Origin: Tubulanus polymorphus
Taxonomy: Eukaryota > Animalia > Nemertea
Assembly (NCBI RefSeq): GCF_964204645.1
Contig: NW_027437437.1
Span: forward strand, 1-64,000
Length of the DNA: 64,000 nucleotides
Direction: 5' to 3'
A program made the translations under genes and the position numbers. The notes under the pieces are model-generated. The model saw only the letters and a list, made by a program, of their open reading frames with translations, searched no databases and had not been told where the DNA came from. Shown in pieces: positions 1 through 11,854 of the stretch (position 1 is the stretch's first letter; each line of letters begins with the position of its first letter).

Positions 1-1
1 A

Positions 2-3000
2 CAACATATAGATGATAAATTAGATAAATGTTATAATGAAGTAAAAACTAAAATAGAAGAGAAATATTTTGAAGGATCTGGTTTAATATTTGATGAAATA
101 ATATTTATGACTTTACATGTTTATAACACAAAATATAATAAGTTAACTAAATCAAAACCAATAGATGAAAATAATGTATCATATTATAAAGAACCAGATA
201 TTGAAGCATCGAGTTATATCAAACTACCATTTAAAACTAATGCTGTTATAAATGTACAAAATGAAGATGATAAATGTTTTCTATGGACAATCATAAGTTG
301 TTTACATCCAACAGAAGATATTACACATACTTATAGATTAACAAATTATAAACAATTTGAAAATAATTATAAGATAGATAAGTATCCTGTTATAATAAAA
401 AACATCCCAAAAATAGAAAGAGATAATAATTTAAGAATAAATGTATTTGATTTATTCAAATTACCAAATACAAAAGGTAACAATATAAAACATCATACAT
501 TAGAACCTTTATACCTATCAAAAGATTATGATTCAAATGATGTTATAGATATACTATATTATGAGAATCATTATATGTGGATTAAACAAATCGATTTATT
601 TTTTAAATCAGAAAATGATCACCATAAAATATATCTTTGTAGAAAATGTTTACATAAATTCAGTAATGAAAGTACATTATTAAATCATAAACAATTATGT
701 GAAAATCATGATTATTGTAAATTAGTTTTACCAAATGAAAAGGATAAAATATTAGAATTCAAAAAATATGATTACAAAAATAAAGTACCATTTGTTATAT
801 ATGGAGATTTTGAATCATTAAATAAAGAACTAACTGATCAAGATAGAAAAGAAATATATTATAAGAGAAAGAAATTAAATTCTAATGAAAATGATTTTTC
901 AGATGAACCACCAAAAACAAATACTATTAAAAAGATTCATCAATCAGCTGCAGCTTTCGGGTTATATATTAAATCTGATTATCCAGAACTAATTGAAAGT
1001 GAATATTATCATTATAGAAATGAAAATGTTATCAATCATTTTTGTGACTTATTAATTGAATATGAAATAAGATTTAGTAAATTATTGAATACAAATATAG
1101 TAATTATAATGACAGAAGAAGATAAAGAAGCATTTGCGTTTGCAGGTAAATGTTATTATTGTGAAAAGACATTTAATTATAAAGATAAAAAAGTAAGAGA
1201 CCATGATCATTTGAATGGAAAGTTTAGAGGCGCTGCACATGAGAATTGTAATTTACAAGCTAAGAAAATTAATTTTGTACCAGTTATATTTCATAATCTA
1301 TCAGGATATGATGCACATTTATTTATCAAACAGTTATGTCATAAAATAGAAGAAATTAATAATGAAATAGAAAGATTAAATTCAAATAGATCAAAAGATA
1401 AAATACGAACTTATAAATTTAGAATGTTAGCTAAAACATCTGAGAATTATATATCATTCCAATTTGGTTGCCTAAGATTTATAGATTCGTATAGATTTTT
1501 AAATAGTTCATTAGATAACTTATCAAAATCATTAGTTGATGATGAATTAAAGATATTAAAACAACACTACCCAAATAATGATGATTTTCAATTAATGAGA
1601 TATAAAGGAGCAATTCCATATTCATTTTATAAATCACATAATGATTTTAACATAACTGAATTATTAAATGAACAATTCTATGATGAATTAAAAAATGAAT
1701 ATGTTAAAGATGAAGTATATAATAGAACATTGAATATTTGGAATCATTTCAAAATAGAAAATCATGGGCAATTCGTAGATTTATATCTAAAATCAGATGT
1801 ATTATTATTAACCGATATATTCGAAAGGTTTAGAGATGTAAACCTAAAATATTTTAACATTGATCCTTGTCATTGTTATTCATCACCAGGATTAACATGG
1901 GATTGTGGATTAAAATTTACAGATATAAAAATGGATTTGTTAACAAATATAGATCAATTACTATTATTTGAAAAATCTATAAGAGGAGGAGTTTCAGGTG
2001 TATTAGGTGACAGATATTTCAATGTAAATGATAACCCTGGATATAAGTTATTATATATAGATGCAAATAATTTGTATGGTTGGACAATGATGGAACCACA
2101 ACCATATGGAGTATTAGAAATAAGTGAAGTTTTACAGAATGAAAATAATGATAAATTTGATTGGAAGAAAAGAATCCTAGATATTGCAGATGATTCAGAT
2201 ACTGGTTACTTCTTTGTTGTAGATTTAGAATATCCTGAACATATTAAATTTAAATCTAGACATCTAGCTTACTGCCCAGAACATAAAACTGTAACTCATG
2301 AAGAATTATCAAATTACCAAAAAAGAATTAAACCCGAAAATCATATTCATACAGAAAAGTTAATGGTAACTCAAGAAGATAAATATAATTATGTAGTACA
2401 TTATAGAATGTTGAAGTTTTATTTGAATCAAGGAATGGTTCTAAAAAAAGTACATAGATATATTTCATTTAGTCAATCTAAATGGTTAGAAAAATATATA
2501 GATTTTAACACCAAACAGAGAACTGAAGCTAAAACTGATTTCGAAAAAGATTTCTTCAAGTTAATGAATAATGCATTCTATGGTAAGACTTGTGAAAATA
2601 TTAGAAATAGAAATGATATTGAGTTAGTTAGTAATGGTAAAAGAATTAGACATTTACAATCATATCCTAAGTTCATTGGTAACAGAATATTTGATGAAAA
2701 TTTAGCTGCAGTTAAAATGAGAAGAACATCAATGAAATTTAATAAACCGATCTATGTTGGCGCTTCAGTTTTAGAAATATCAAAATTACTAATGTATGAA
2801 TTCTATTATAATGTATTACAACCACTTTTTGGAGAAAAACATATAGAAATATTATATTTTGATACCGACAGTTACATATTAAAGATAAAAACTGATAACA
2901 TAACAGATGATTTAAAAACATTAAAACATCATTTTGATTTTAGTAACTATCCTAAAGATCATGAATTGTTTAGCAATGACAATAAAAAAGTTCCCGGTAA

Positions 3001-3394
3001 ATTCAAAGATGAATTAGGTGGTGAAGAAATGATTGAATTCATTGGTATTAGATCTAAAATGTATTCATATAAAACTAAAGAACATGACGCTAAAAAGTTA
3101 AAAGGAATAACAAAAAGTATAGTAGAAAAGAATATTCATTTCAAAGATTACATCAATTGTATATTCAATGAAGAAGTTAGAAAACATAAGATGAGATGTT
3201 TAAGATCTGAAGATCATGAAATGTTTATTGAAGAAATTGAAAAGATAAGTCTAAACCCATTTGATGATAAAAGATATATTTTAGATGATGGAATTCATAC
3301 AGTTGATTATGGTTGCAATGTAGATGAATACTTAAAATTTAAAAGAGAAGAAACAAAAGAGAACGAGATAATGAAAAGAATTCTAACGTGTTAA
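2..3394 (+). CDS. Protein-primed-type family B DNA polymerase (pPolB), 5'-partial, with embedded endonuclease VII-like domain
   Basis: Exo I YGDFES, Exo II FHNLSGYD, Exo III YLKSD, Pol A YIDANNLYG, Pol B KLMNNAFYGK, Pol C YFDTDS. Frame is open from window start and equals the C-terminal part of the 1345-aa ORF in copy B. Confidence 0.95.
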   Translation, partial: QHIDDKLDKCYNEVKTKIEEKYFEGSGLIFDEIIFMTLHVYNTKYNKLTKSKPIDENNVSYYKEPDIEASSYIKLPFKTNAVINVQNEDDKCFLWTIISCLHPTEDITHTYRLTNYKQFENNYKIDKYPVIIKNIPKIERDNNLRINVFDLFKLPNTKGNNIKHHTLEPLYLSKDYDSNDVIDILYYENHYMWIKQIDLFFKSENDHHKIYLCRKCLHKFSNESTLLNHKQLCENHDYCKLVLPNEKDKILEFKKYDYKNKVPFVIYGDFESLNKELTDQDRKEIYYKRKKLNSNENDFSDEPPKTNTIKKIHQSAAAFGLYIKSDYPELIESEYYHYRNENVINHFCDLLIEYEIRFSKLLNTNIVIIMTEEDKEAFAFAGKCYYCEKTFNYKDKKVRDHDHLNGKFRGAAHENCNLQAKKINFVPVIFHNLSGYDAHLFIKQLCHKIEEINNEIERLNSNRSKDKIRTYKFRMLAKTSENYISFQFGCLRFIDSYRFLNSSLDNLSKSLVDDELKILKQHYPNNDDFQLMRYKGAIPYSFYKSHNDFNITELLNEQFYDELKNEYVKDEVYNRTLNIWNHFKIENHGQFVDLYLKSDVLLLTDIFERFRDVNLKYFNIDPCHCYSSPGLTWDCGLKFTDIKMDLLTNIDQLLLFEKSIRGGVSGVLGDRYFNVNDNPGYKLLYIDANNLYGWTMMEPQPYGVLEISEVLQNENNDKFDWKKRILDIADDSDTGYFFVVDLEYPEHIKFKSRHLAYCPEHKTVTHEELSNYQKRIKPENHIHTEKLMVTQEDKYNYVVHYRMLKFYLNQGMVLKKVHRYISFSQSKWLEKYIDFNTKQRTEAKTDFEKDFFKLMNNAFYGKTCENIRNRNDIELVSNGKRIRHLQSYPKFIGNRIFDENLAAVKMRRTSMKFNKPIYVGASVLEISKLLMYEFYYNVLQPLFGEKHIEILYFDTDSYILKIKTDNITDDLKTLKHHFDFSNYPKDHELFSNDNKKVPGKFKDELGGEEMIEFIGIRSKMYSYKTKEHDAKKLKGITKSIVEKNIHFKDYINCIFNEEVRKHKMRCLRSEDHEMFIEEIEKISLNPFDDKRYILDDGIHTVDYGCNVDEYLKFKREETKENEIMKRILTC

Positions 3395-3423
3395 TCAAAT
3401 TTTAATAAAAATATGTTATTAAG

Positions 3424-3777
3424 ATGGAGAGTAAACAAGCGAACAGTGAGAAAAACAAATTATTTCTAGATAGAATAAAAGATACTACAAATATAAAATC
3501 TGTAGATTATAAGTTCAAAAAGTTAACAGAATTAACAATCCATAAGAAATATCTAATTACAAATATTGATACAGTTACTAATAACTATGGAGATAAATTA
3601 GTTATACACATTGAATATGAAGGATTAAAAGGAAATACATAGTAATTCAGAACATATTTACCGGATAGATTTCATAGATTATCAAGTGAAGACTTAGAAG
3701 AATTATGTTCTGGAGATTTCTATTTCGTATACAAAGGTAAGAATGAAAAAGGGCACCATGAAATAGATTTCGAATAA
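3424..3777 (+). pseudogene. Small conserved Polinton protein, possibly OB-fold-like; in-frame stops at 3640-3645
   Basis: The frame continues after TAG TAA as FRTYLPDRF...EIDFE*. Homologue in copy C at about 28625-28977(-). The fold is inference only. Confidence 0.55.
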
Positions 3778-3794
3778 GAAAATATGTAAAATAA

Positions 3795-5059
3795 ATGGCG
3801 GAATTAAAAGAATACAGAAAATTTGTTGATTCTAGAAGACTTACAAATTATAAATCACATAATTTACTAGTACAATTAGATAGAGAATTCAAGAATTGTG
3901 TAGACTTAAAATTAGTTAATATAAGTTTATGTAATTCCTTTTACAATATATCGAATAAAACTATTGAACATAGAGCCCTTTTTAATTTTTAATAAGAATA
4001 AAAATGAATGGGCCTATATATATTTGAAACAAGGGTTATATAATTTAGATACATTAGCACAAGAAATTAATAGAAAAGCCTGGCACAAATTAGGTAGTAG
4101 TTCTGGGTTTAGTGTAACCGGCTGGTTGTTGTATCGGCAGGCTGGCTGGGGAACTAGCATTTACACCAGCGGTACAGGATTCCATCCATCAGGAACAACA
4201 AGGCAGTTAAACCTTATATGTACAATCTTTATTGCATCCCGGAATGAGAATGATTATCATAGCTTTACATAGTCTTTATATACAGAATCATGAGTATAAT
4301 GTGAGAATTAGGTGTCAGACAAGTTGTAGACATCAGGACTCACAAACAAACACCTAGTGACATGTTTGAGAGACATTAATTAATTATCGATGAGCACTGA
4401 CTATAGCTAATTATTGTGAAAACATATTGAGTAATGTCACATGTTGATTACGACCTTAAAGCACATATTGACACTATAGTCATAAGTTATATTATATTAT
4501 TATTATTATTATTATTATGTAGTAGTAGAGCTATGAAATGTTATGAACTGTTCGATATGACATTGTAGATCTATATGATTACGAAATATGCAAATTATAT
4601 CAGGGTGACATTAGTATTAGATTTTTAAAAAGTGAGAGTTCTGATAGAATAAAGATAAGGTTGTCTAATAGTGAAAAACATAAATTTATGGTAAAAAAAC
4701 CTATAGCTAAACTGTTAGGAATTCTTCCAGATAGATCTTTTACAAATATTGACGCTACTACACCAAACTTAATACCTTACACACATTTTTATATTTATTG
4801 CAATTTAATCGATCCTACAAAAACATTCGAAGCAACTAAAGATATAACTTGTAATTCTGGTTTATTAAACATTTTACCATTGAAGAATGTTAAAGAATTT
4901 GGAATGCAAATAAATTATAATTTAACAGAATGTGATTTCAAACCATGCATTCCTCGTTTTAATAATTTTAGATTAGAAATTAGAAATCATAATGGATACT
5001 TAATTGATTTAAATAATTTCCCTGTAATTTATGAATTAGTTATAAGATGTAGAGAGTAA
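3795..5059 (+). pseudogene. Putative minor capsid (penton-like) protein, disrupted by a frameshift near 3979 and a solo-LTR insertion
   Basis: NSFYNIS...LKQGLYNLDTL...LLGI...FYIYCNLID...LNILPL...FG..INY...FRLEIRNHNGYLIDLNNFPVIYELVI pattern of Polinton mCP. Copy C homologue (27855-28609) lacks the insertion. Confidence 0.75.
4113..4610 (-). mobile_element. Solo LTR (498 bp), probably Gypsy-type
   Basis: TGTAAC...GTGACA termini, 4-bp TSD TTAG (4109-4112 and 4611-4614), empty site in copy C. AATAAA on the minus strand suggests the orientation. Confidence 0.8.
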
Positions 5060-5076
5060 TTTTTTTCACTATATAA

Positions 5077-5418
5077 ATGAATATAACTGTTGGACCGAGT
5101 ATATGTTTTGGGTTTGATTTTAAACATGGTAAAGAAATGAGAATTAAACTAAATGATGTAATTACTGATATAAAAAGTAAATCATTTAAAAATGCATCAA
5201 TGATTGATAAAGAAAATTATAATATAGAAAAAGTAATTGATTTAATTAAAACGCCTTTAGAATATTATGAATTAAATGAAGATGGAATTATTGAAGATAT
5301 CAAAAACATATTATCCAAAATATATGATAATCATCAAAGTAGTAATGAAATAAATGTTGAATTAATCATAAATAAGATAACTAAATATTTTGAAGATAGT
5401 AATTTTTTTGATAAATAA
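5077..5418 (+). CDS. Hypothetical Polinton protein (113 aa)
   Basis: Intact ORF with TAAATG start; homologue at 27536-27835(-). Confidence 0.7.
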   Translation: MNITVGPSICFGFDFKHGKEMRIKLNDVITDIKSKSFKNASMIDKENYNIEKVIDLIKTPLEYYELNEDGIIEDIKNILSKIYDNHQSSNEINVELIINKITKYFEDSNFFDK

Positions 5419-5641
5419 ATGAGTGATAATAAGTGGATAATAACTGGATTATATAATGGAGCATTACTATCAGTTGGAACTGTTGGTTATTCAATGGTAT
5501 TAAAAAAAAGTATTCAAAATGGGAAGTGTTAATGTTGATAGATTAGACATCAATGATATTTTAAAATTAACATAAGCAGTTACTCTATCTAATTTAACTA
5601 TTGATTATTTAGAAAAACAAAAATATATTCCTCCCATATAA
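5419..5641 (+). pseudogene. Small hydrophobic protein (about 73 aa), frameshift in an A-run plus a stop
   Basis: Homologue reads as an ORF in copy C (27283-27501, MSDNKWIITGLYNGALLSVGTVGYS...). Confidence 0.7.
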
Positions 5642-5666
5642 ATGCATAATTTTTTTTGCTAAATAA

Positions 5667-6089
5667 ATGGCTTCTGCAATTATAACTATTATAGGATCGG
5701 CAATTGTTAACGCTTTGGCATTTACTGGTGGTGGATATTTATTTAAACATATTGATAAAAATAGTTCATTAGGAGAACAAAGAAGACATAACTTAGCGTT
5801 AGAGAAATACAATAAAGCTGCAGAAGAATATAGAGAAAAAAGACAAAACTATATGGATTACATCAATAAAGAATTATATGATCAGAAGATTTCACATAGA
5901 GATTTTCAATCAGTTGATGATGCAATGAGTTTATATAACGCGGTAACAAATAAAGAAAAATTACATCTATACAAACCTAAATTATCAGATTATTATACCC
6001 CTAGTAAAGAACAACAGAAATATGAAATAATTTGGATTTTAGGCGGAACAGTTATTGTTATATTTGTAGCATATAAATTTACTAATTAG
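5667..6089 (+). CDS. Conserved Polinton membrane protein (N- and C-terminal hydrophobic segments, central coiled coil)
   Basis: MASAIITIIGSAIVNALAFTGGGYLF...IIWILGGTVIVIFVAYKF; also intact in copy C (26837-27259). Confidence 0.8.
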   Translation: MASAIITIIGSAIVNALAFTGGGYLFKHIDKNSSLGEQRRHNLALEKYNKAAEEYREKRQNYMDYINKELYDQKISHRDFQSVDDAMSLYNAVTNKEKLHLYKPKLSDYYTPSKEQQKYEIIWILGGTVIVIFVAYKFTN

Positions 6090-6109
6090 TAATTTTTATT
6101 TCTAATTAA

Positions 6110-6540
6110 ATGGAAGATAAAGTTGACAATATTGATATTATTCCTCATGATATAAATAAAACTAAATTAAAAACATATTTAGATAAACAAATATTAGAAT
6201 TTGAAAGTGACTTAAAGATAAAAAAGAAAAAATATTTAAAAGTAAAATTATATATCTTATTATAAGTGGTTCGGTTACAATTAGTTCTGTAATAACATTT
6301 CTAGCAATATTCAGTCCATTAACACCTTTAGCTATATCAATTGGTGTGTTAGGATTAAGTTCAAGTGTTTTAACTGGTATAAGTTCAAAATTGAATATAA
6401 AAAGTAATAAAGAAAAAATTAAAACTAATATAAAAGAAATTAATAAATTAAAGAATACACTAGATTATATAATAAGTTTAAATGGTCATATAACAGTTGA
6501 AGAACAAGATAAATTATTAAAAGAATTAATAAATTATTAA
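6110..6540 (+). pseudogene. Two-TM hairpin protein, frameshifted near 6250
   Basis: TAAATG start MEDKVDNID..., hydrophobic ISGSVTISSVITFLAIFSPLTPLAISIGVLGLSSSVLTGI; homologue at 26382-26816(-). Confidence 0.7.
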
Positions 6541-6556
6541 TTTTTTAATTATATAA

Positions 6557-7941
6557 ATGGCAGACAGTTTTCCAAAAGCTTTCCAATATAATAAATCAAT
6601 TAAATATAATATTCCAGCAATAGATTTTAATAAAGATATTACATATAGAAATGAAGTTTTAGATTCATTAACTAATTTAGAAATTTATGTTACTGAAACT
6701 AATAATTTTAATGCAAAGATGGAAAATATATTACATGTATATTTAATTAATTTTGAAAAATTGAAAGATGAAAAACAATGGTTATTAAAATCTAATATGA
6801 AGTATTGGCAGAACCAATTAAATCTTGCTGTTTATTGTGCAACAACAGGATGTGGAATTAGTTGGAATGATCATTTGAATAATTCTAAATATAAATTAAT
6901 TCAAAGTTTATTTAGATTTCATACATACTTTCAAATCAGAATAATATTAAATGAAGTAGAGTGCGCTTTACCAGGATCTAGATATTTTAAAGAATTAGAT
7001 AATAATATTAATTTATCAAAGTTTTATAAAATTTGTAATGAATTTAATATAGATATAAATAATTCTGATTTTAGAACAAAAATTGGAACAATAAGATCAC
7101 TTCCTTGCCCTAAAAAGATTGCTGAATATTGTGCACTTCCCATACCATCTAATAGTTTGTATAATATCTATAGTAATAAATTAGGTTATGGTAAAATAGA
7201 AACTAAGGATTTAGAAACATTAAATTTCAATAAATTACCGACATTTTATGATAATTTAAAACAAGAAAACAATAATGGTTGGGTTTATTTCATTTTAGAA
7301 AATAATGAAGGTTTTACAAAATCAGGTATACAAAGAATCAATCTATTAGAACTTATTTGATATGTATTCTAGGTGCACAAGTTGAAACAAGATCACCGAT
7401 AATTGGAAATTTAAATACATCATTCGATACACAAAAACAATTTAAAGTTTTATTTGAAGATTCCATACATAATGATAAAAATAGATCGATTCCAGAAAAC
7501 ATTGTAAGATATCAAAATTATTTAGATAAATCACATATTAGATTAAATTATTGTATAGGCCCTAATCTATTAATTATTTCTAACGATTTAGTACTAAAGA
7601 TGGGAAACATAATTGGTTATAATAATCTAATTAAAACTGCAACAATAAATAATCCATTTGGGTTAAATGATATAAATAAAAAGATTATTACTGCTCCAAA
7701 ATTAATGGAAGGTGAAAAAAATAAAAAACACATTCAATCAACTGAAACTAAAACTAATAATATTACATTAAATAATGATTCTAAAATAAAAGATTACAAT
7801 ACATCAGAAAATATAAGAACTGATATTATTCAACATGATATAATTAAAACTAATGATGATAATAAATCCCATGAAAATGCTAAATTAGCTATAACTTGTA
7901 TAGGAATTGTAATCGGAGGAATATTATATTTTAAATTTTAA
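6557..7941 (+). pseudogene. Conserved Polinton protein (about 460 aa, WQNQLN.AVYCATTGCGIS motif, C-terminal TM anchor), split by a 4-bp deletion near 7338
   Basis: The 267-aa and 194-aa ORFs overlap; copy C reads through the junction as RINQSIRTYLICILG. Confidence 0.75.
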
Positions 7942-7957
7942 TTTTTTTATTATATAA

Positions 7958-9677
7958 ATGGATGTAGAAGGTGGAGAAGATATTCCATTGGATCCTTTAG
8001 ATGAACCTGGTATAAGTGATGAACAACAACCTGATTTTAGTGAAACAAGTTTTAATGACGGTAATGAGCCAGAATATAATACTAATTTAGGTGAAGATGA
8101 TGATTATGATGATGATTATGATGGAATTAATTCCGAATTACGTGAAAAATTAAATAAATATTTAAAAGCTCCTGAAAGTGGTAGAATTTCAACTAGAAGA
8201 GAAAGAAAAGAATTTATGGAACTATTAGAAAAACAACAAGAAAAATATCCTGATAAACCTATGGAATTATATAGAATGAAATCTAGAGTAACAGATACAA
8301 TTGTTAACGAATTATTACCAAAAGTTGTAATAGATGAAATTGATACTGAAGATGTTGTAGAACAAATTTCAAGATGACCCATATTTCACGAATAATTCAG
8401 AATTTAAAAATGATTCATGGTATTATAATCTTGAATTAAATAGGAATACTGTATCAATTCAATTATCTAGAATGGGTCAAGAAAATATTTTTGAACCTGG
8501 AATGCGAGCATTATCTACAATTGAAGATTCAAAAGGTGGTAGAGAATTTCTCAGAATTATATGGAATGCAATCGATAGAATAAATGAAGAAGAACCAATT
8601 CCTAATATTGATATAAACAAATATTCACCATTTAAAAATCCAAATCCAAATCCTACTGATCTTGATCCAGAAACTGATGAAGATTTTGCAAATCGATTAG
8701 ATAAATTAAGATCTTCAACGCCCGAAACATCGAGAAGAGACACTCAACAAATTGATAATGATTCAAGTCAATTACAATTAACATTTGAAAAACAAATTGA
8801 TAGATTAAGAGATTCAGAAGAACTGATGAATAGTATATCAGATACATCTGGTTCTGAAACTGGAATAAATCGAATACAATCTTTACTAGAAAAAGGATTA
8901 CTTGATTTAACTGATGATGAATTAGAAGCATTTCCTGAACAAGCACGTAGAGAAATTAAAGGTATGCAAGAATCAGCTGGTGAAATTGCTAATACTAAGA
9001 TGAGATTTTCTAAAATAACCATGTTAGAAAAAGAATTAACTAATGCAAATGAAGAATTAAAACAATTAGAATTAAATAGAGATCTTCAATTAATCGAGGA
9101 AGCTGATTATGAAAGCAGAAAGTTAGCTTTAGAAAAAGAAATAGATGATTTAAAATATAACAAAGAATTACAGGAAAAAGAAAGAGATACATTATTAAAA
9201 TCATATGATCTTAATCATATTAAAAAATTAAAAGTTATTTTTAAAGATTTGTTGATAAAACCAGATTCTAAAATATCATTGAAAGATAGAATAAAGTTAT
9301 TATTTAAATTAGAAAGAATAACAATTCTTTCAATTCTAACAGCTGTAACTATGTTATTTACAACAATTGGTTTAGCAATATCAAATGCTTTAAAATCTAC
9401 GCCTACTCCCAATAAACCGGATAAACCCCCAGATAATAGTTCTATACAAGATAAAGTTAAAGATAGTTTAAAGAAATTAGCAAAATATTTATGGGAACTA
9501 TCTAAAAAATCTGCTGCAGCTTTACTAGGAATTATTGCATCAATTGTTGGTTTTATATTGAAATCTGCAGGAAACATTATTAACTTTGCTGCTGAACATA
9601 TTATTTTATTTTTAATTACAGTTGTAAGTGCTATTATTTTTGGGTTAGTGAATATGATATCAAAAAATATCAAGTAA
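7958..9677 (+). pseudogene. Acidic/coiled-coil protein with C-terminal hydrophobic helices (about 570 aa), frameshift near 8370
   Basis: The 139-aa and 401-aa ORFs join via DDPYFTNNSEFKNDSW; homologue at 23357-24983(-). Confidence 0.75.
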
Positions 9678-9717
9678 ACATGATAAAAAATAAATAATTA
9701 ATTTTTTTGTTAAATAA

Positions 9718-10965
9718 ATGAGTGGGAGTTATATAAGTCCTTCTAAGATTTCTAGAATATCTAATGCTATTAAAGCAGAAAGATCACATCATATAATTAC
9801 ACATAATCCTTCTAACATTAATCCTGATGAAACTTTATATGTAAGAATTCCTCGATTAACATAAAATACTTTTTATGTTCCAAATAGTATTTATTTATCA
9901 GCCGATATAAAAGTAATCGGTAATAATAATAATTATGTTGTTGATAATGTTGGAAGGTATTTGATTAAAAAGTTAACAATAAAGATTGGTCCAGAAACAG
10001 TTTTCTCATTAGATGATTATAATTTATTTATGCATTATAAAGATTTATGGTTAACTAAAGAAAATAGAAATAATATGATATTTCAAGGCATCCAATCAGA
10101 AAACCAAAATAAATTAAGATCAGAAGCTAATAGCGCAATATTAACTAATGCTGTAGATAAATTGATAAAAAGTATATATGGAAGCAAATATAAAATTCCA
10201 TTGGACTTTGAATTGATAAATAACAATGCACCTTTATATAAATACGCAATTCAAGAAGACGTTATATTCGAAATAACATTTGCTCCTGTTAATGAAATTG
10301 TAATATCTAGCGTTAATAAAGATATGAGTTATAAATTATCGAATATATGTTTCGAATATGATACAGTAACTGATGAAAATATTTCAAGTATAATTCAAAC
10401 TCAATACAATCAAGGAGTTTCATTATTATATGATTATATTGATAAATTTAAAACCGTAACTATTAATGCAAATGATGAAATTATTAATGAGAATATTAAC
10501 TTCCCAAGAAGATCTATTAAAGGTATATTAATATTTTTTACCATTGCAACATATACTAATTGTGCAATAAATGTTGATAATTATTATAATCCTGAAATAA
10601 CAAAAGTAGAAATAACTATCGAAGGAATAGCAAATAAAACATTTTGTCAAGGAATGAGAATGATAGATCAATGGCCAGAAATTAGAAAACATTTTATGAA
10701 TGAAAAAGTAAAATCATTTGAAAATTGTAATATTAATCAAATTGATTATTATACCGGTAATAAATATGCGTTATGGTTAGATTTTAGAACAACAGAGGAT
10801 AATTCATTACATGGTTCTGGAAAAAAATTACAGAACACTAAAGATGGAATACAATTATTCATGACAAAGAAAAGAGGAGACAAAAATTTTAAAATGCACA
10901 TTTATATTATATCTGACGCGCAATTAAATATTGTAAATTCACAATTACATAGTGTTATGTATTAA
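9718..10965 (+). pseudogene. Putative major capsid protein (double jelly-roll type), nonsense TAA at 9862-9864
   Basis: About 415-aa frame from TAAATG: THNPSNINPDETLYVRIPRL...KYALWLDFRTTEDNSLHGSG. The stop codon is CAA (Gln) in copy C. MCP identity is inferred from size, context and beta-rich composition. Confidence 0.7.
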
Positions 10966-10997
10966 AATTTTAACTTTAATAAAAATATATATAATAA

Positions 10998-11819
10998 ATG
11001 GAAGGAGGTAAAGTATATAAACATATTCCATACATCGATACACATGAAAATAATGATGGTTTATATTATGTAATACCTTGTAATATAGCTTTGATATTTG
11101 ATCCTATTTTCAAAATTTATGAAACTAAACTAATAGAAATCGATAATAATAAAAGTGAAGTTGTTGATAATTTAAGTAATGTAATTGATAATAATGTAAT
11201 ACCTACTACAGTAATACCTACTACAGTAATACCTACTACATCTAATAATGTAATACCTACTACATATAATAATGCAATAATATTAAATGTTAGTGAAAAT
11301 AGAAATTATTGTGATTATTGTAAAGGTGAATTTTCAAACGCTCCATCAAATTGGAATCAACATATGAATACAAATTCACATATTACTAATGTTATAGAAT
11401 GTGTTGGTTTAAAAGAATTTATAGAACACCCATTTAGATATGTTACAAAGTTTGTTTCAAATCAAAAAGTAAATGGTAAAGAATTATATGAAGATTTTTT
11501 ATTAGCAACACCTAATAAAGATGAATTAGATTTAACTGATGCTAATAAAATATTAGGATCAAACATTGTAAATGAAATATTAGGAGCAAACACTAAAAAA
11601 GATGATAATGAAAATGGTGCCGTATGGCACCCACATGGTGATATAGTTACAGATATTGATATTAAAGATTATGTGGACACACTTTTGGTGAAAGATAAAG
11701 AAGAAACTTTTGATGATGCGGTAGAAAGGATGAATAAGTATAACAATAAAACAACTATTGATGATGATACGGTAGAGAGTTTGAATAAATTGTTAGGGTC
11801 TGATAGTGAAAGTGATTAA
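10998..11819 (+). CDS. Hypothetical protein with VIPTT repeats and a C2H2 (matrin-like) zinc finger
   Basis: CDYC-x13-H-x5-H, four VIPTT repeats, carries the 27-bp palindromic insert. Confidence 0.7.
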   Translation: MEGGKVYKHIPYIDTHENNDGLYYVIPCNIALIFDPIFKIYETKLIEIDNNKSEVVDNLSNVIDNNVIPTTVIPTTVIPTTSNNVIPTTYNNAIILNVSENRNYCDYCKGEFSNAPSNWNQHMNTNSHITNVIECVGLKEFIEHPFRYVTKFVSNQKVNGKELYEDFLLATPNKDELDLTDANKILGSNIVNEILGANTKKDDNENGAVWHPHGDIVTDIDIKDYVDTLLVKDKEETFDDAVERMNKYNNKTTIDDDTVESLNKLLGSDSESD

Positions 11820-11854
11820 GATATTAATTATATTTAATTCAAATAATAATATTA

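Noticed and set aside
3964-4272. 102-aa ORF as a separate gene
   Set aside because: Penton fragment reading into the solo LTR.
8116-9673. Minus-strand ORFs (88, 88, 97, 84, 152 aa), and similar ones at 14059-14334 and 2739-2921
   Set aside because: Antisense shadows of real genes, with no motifs.
9862-9864. Programmed readthrough in the MCP gene
   Set aside because: The codon is CAA in copy C, so this is a simple C-to-T nonsense change. Its presence in both A and B reflects duplication.
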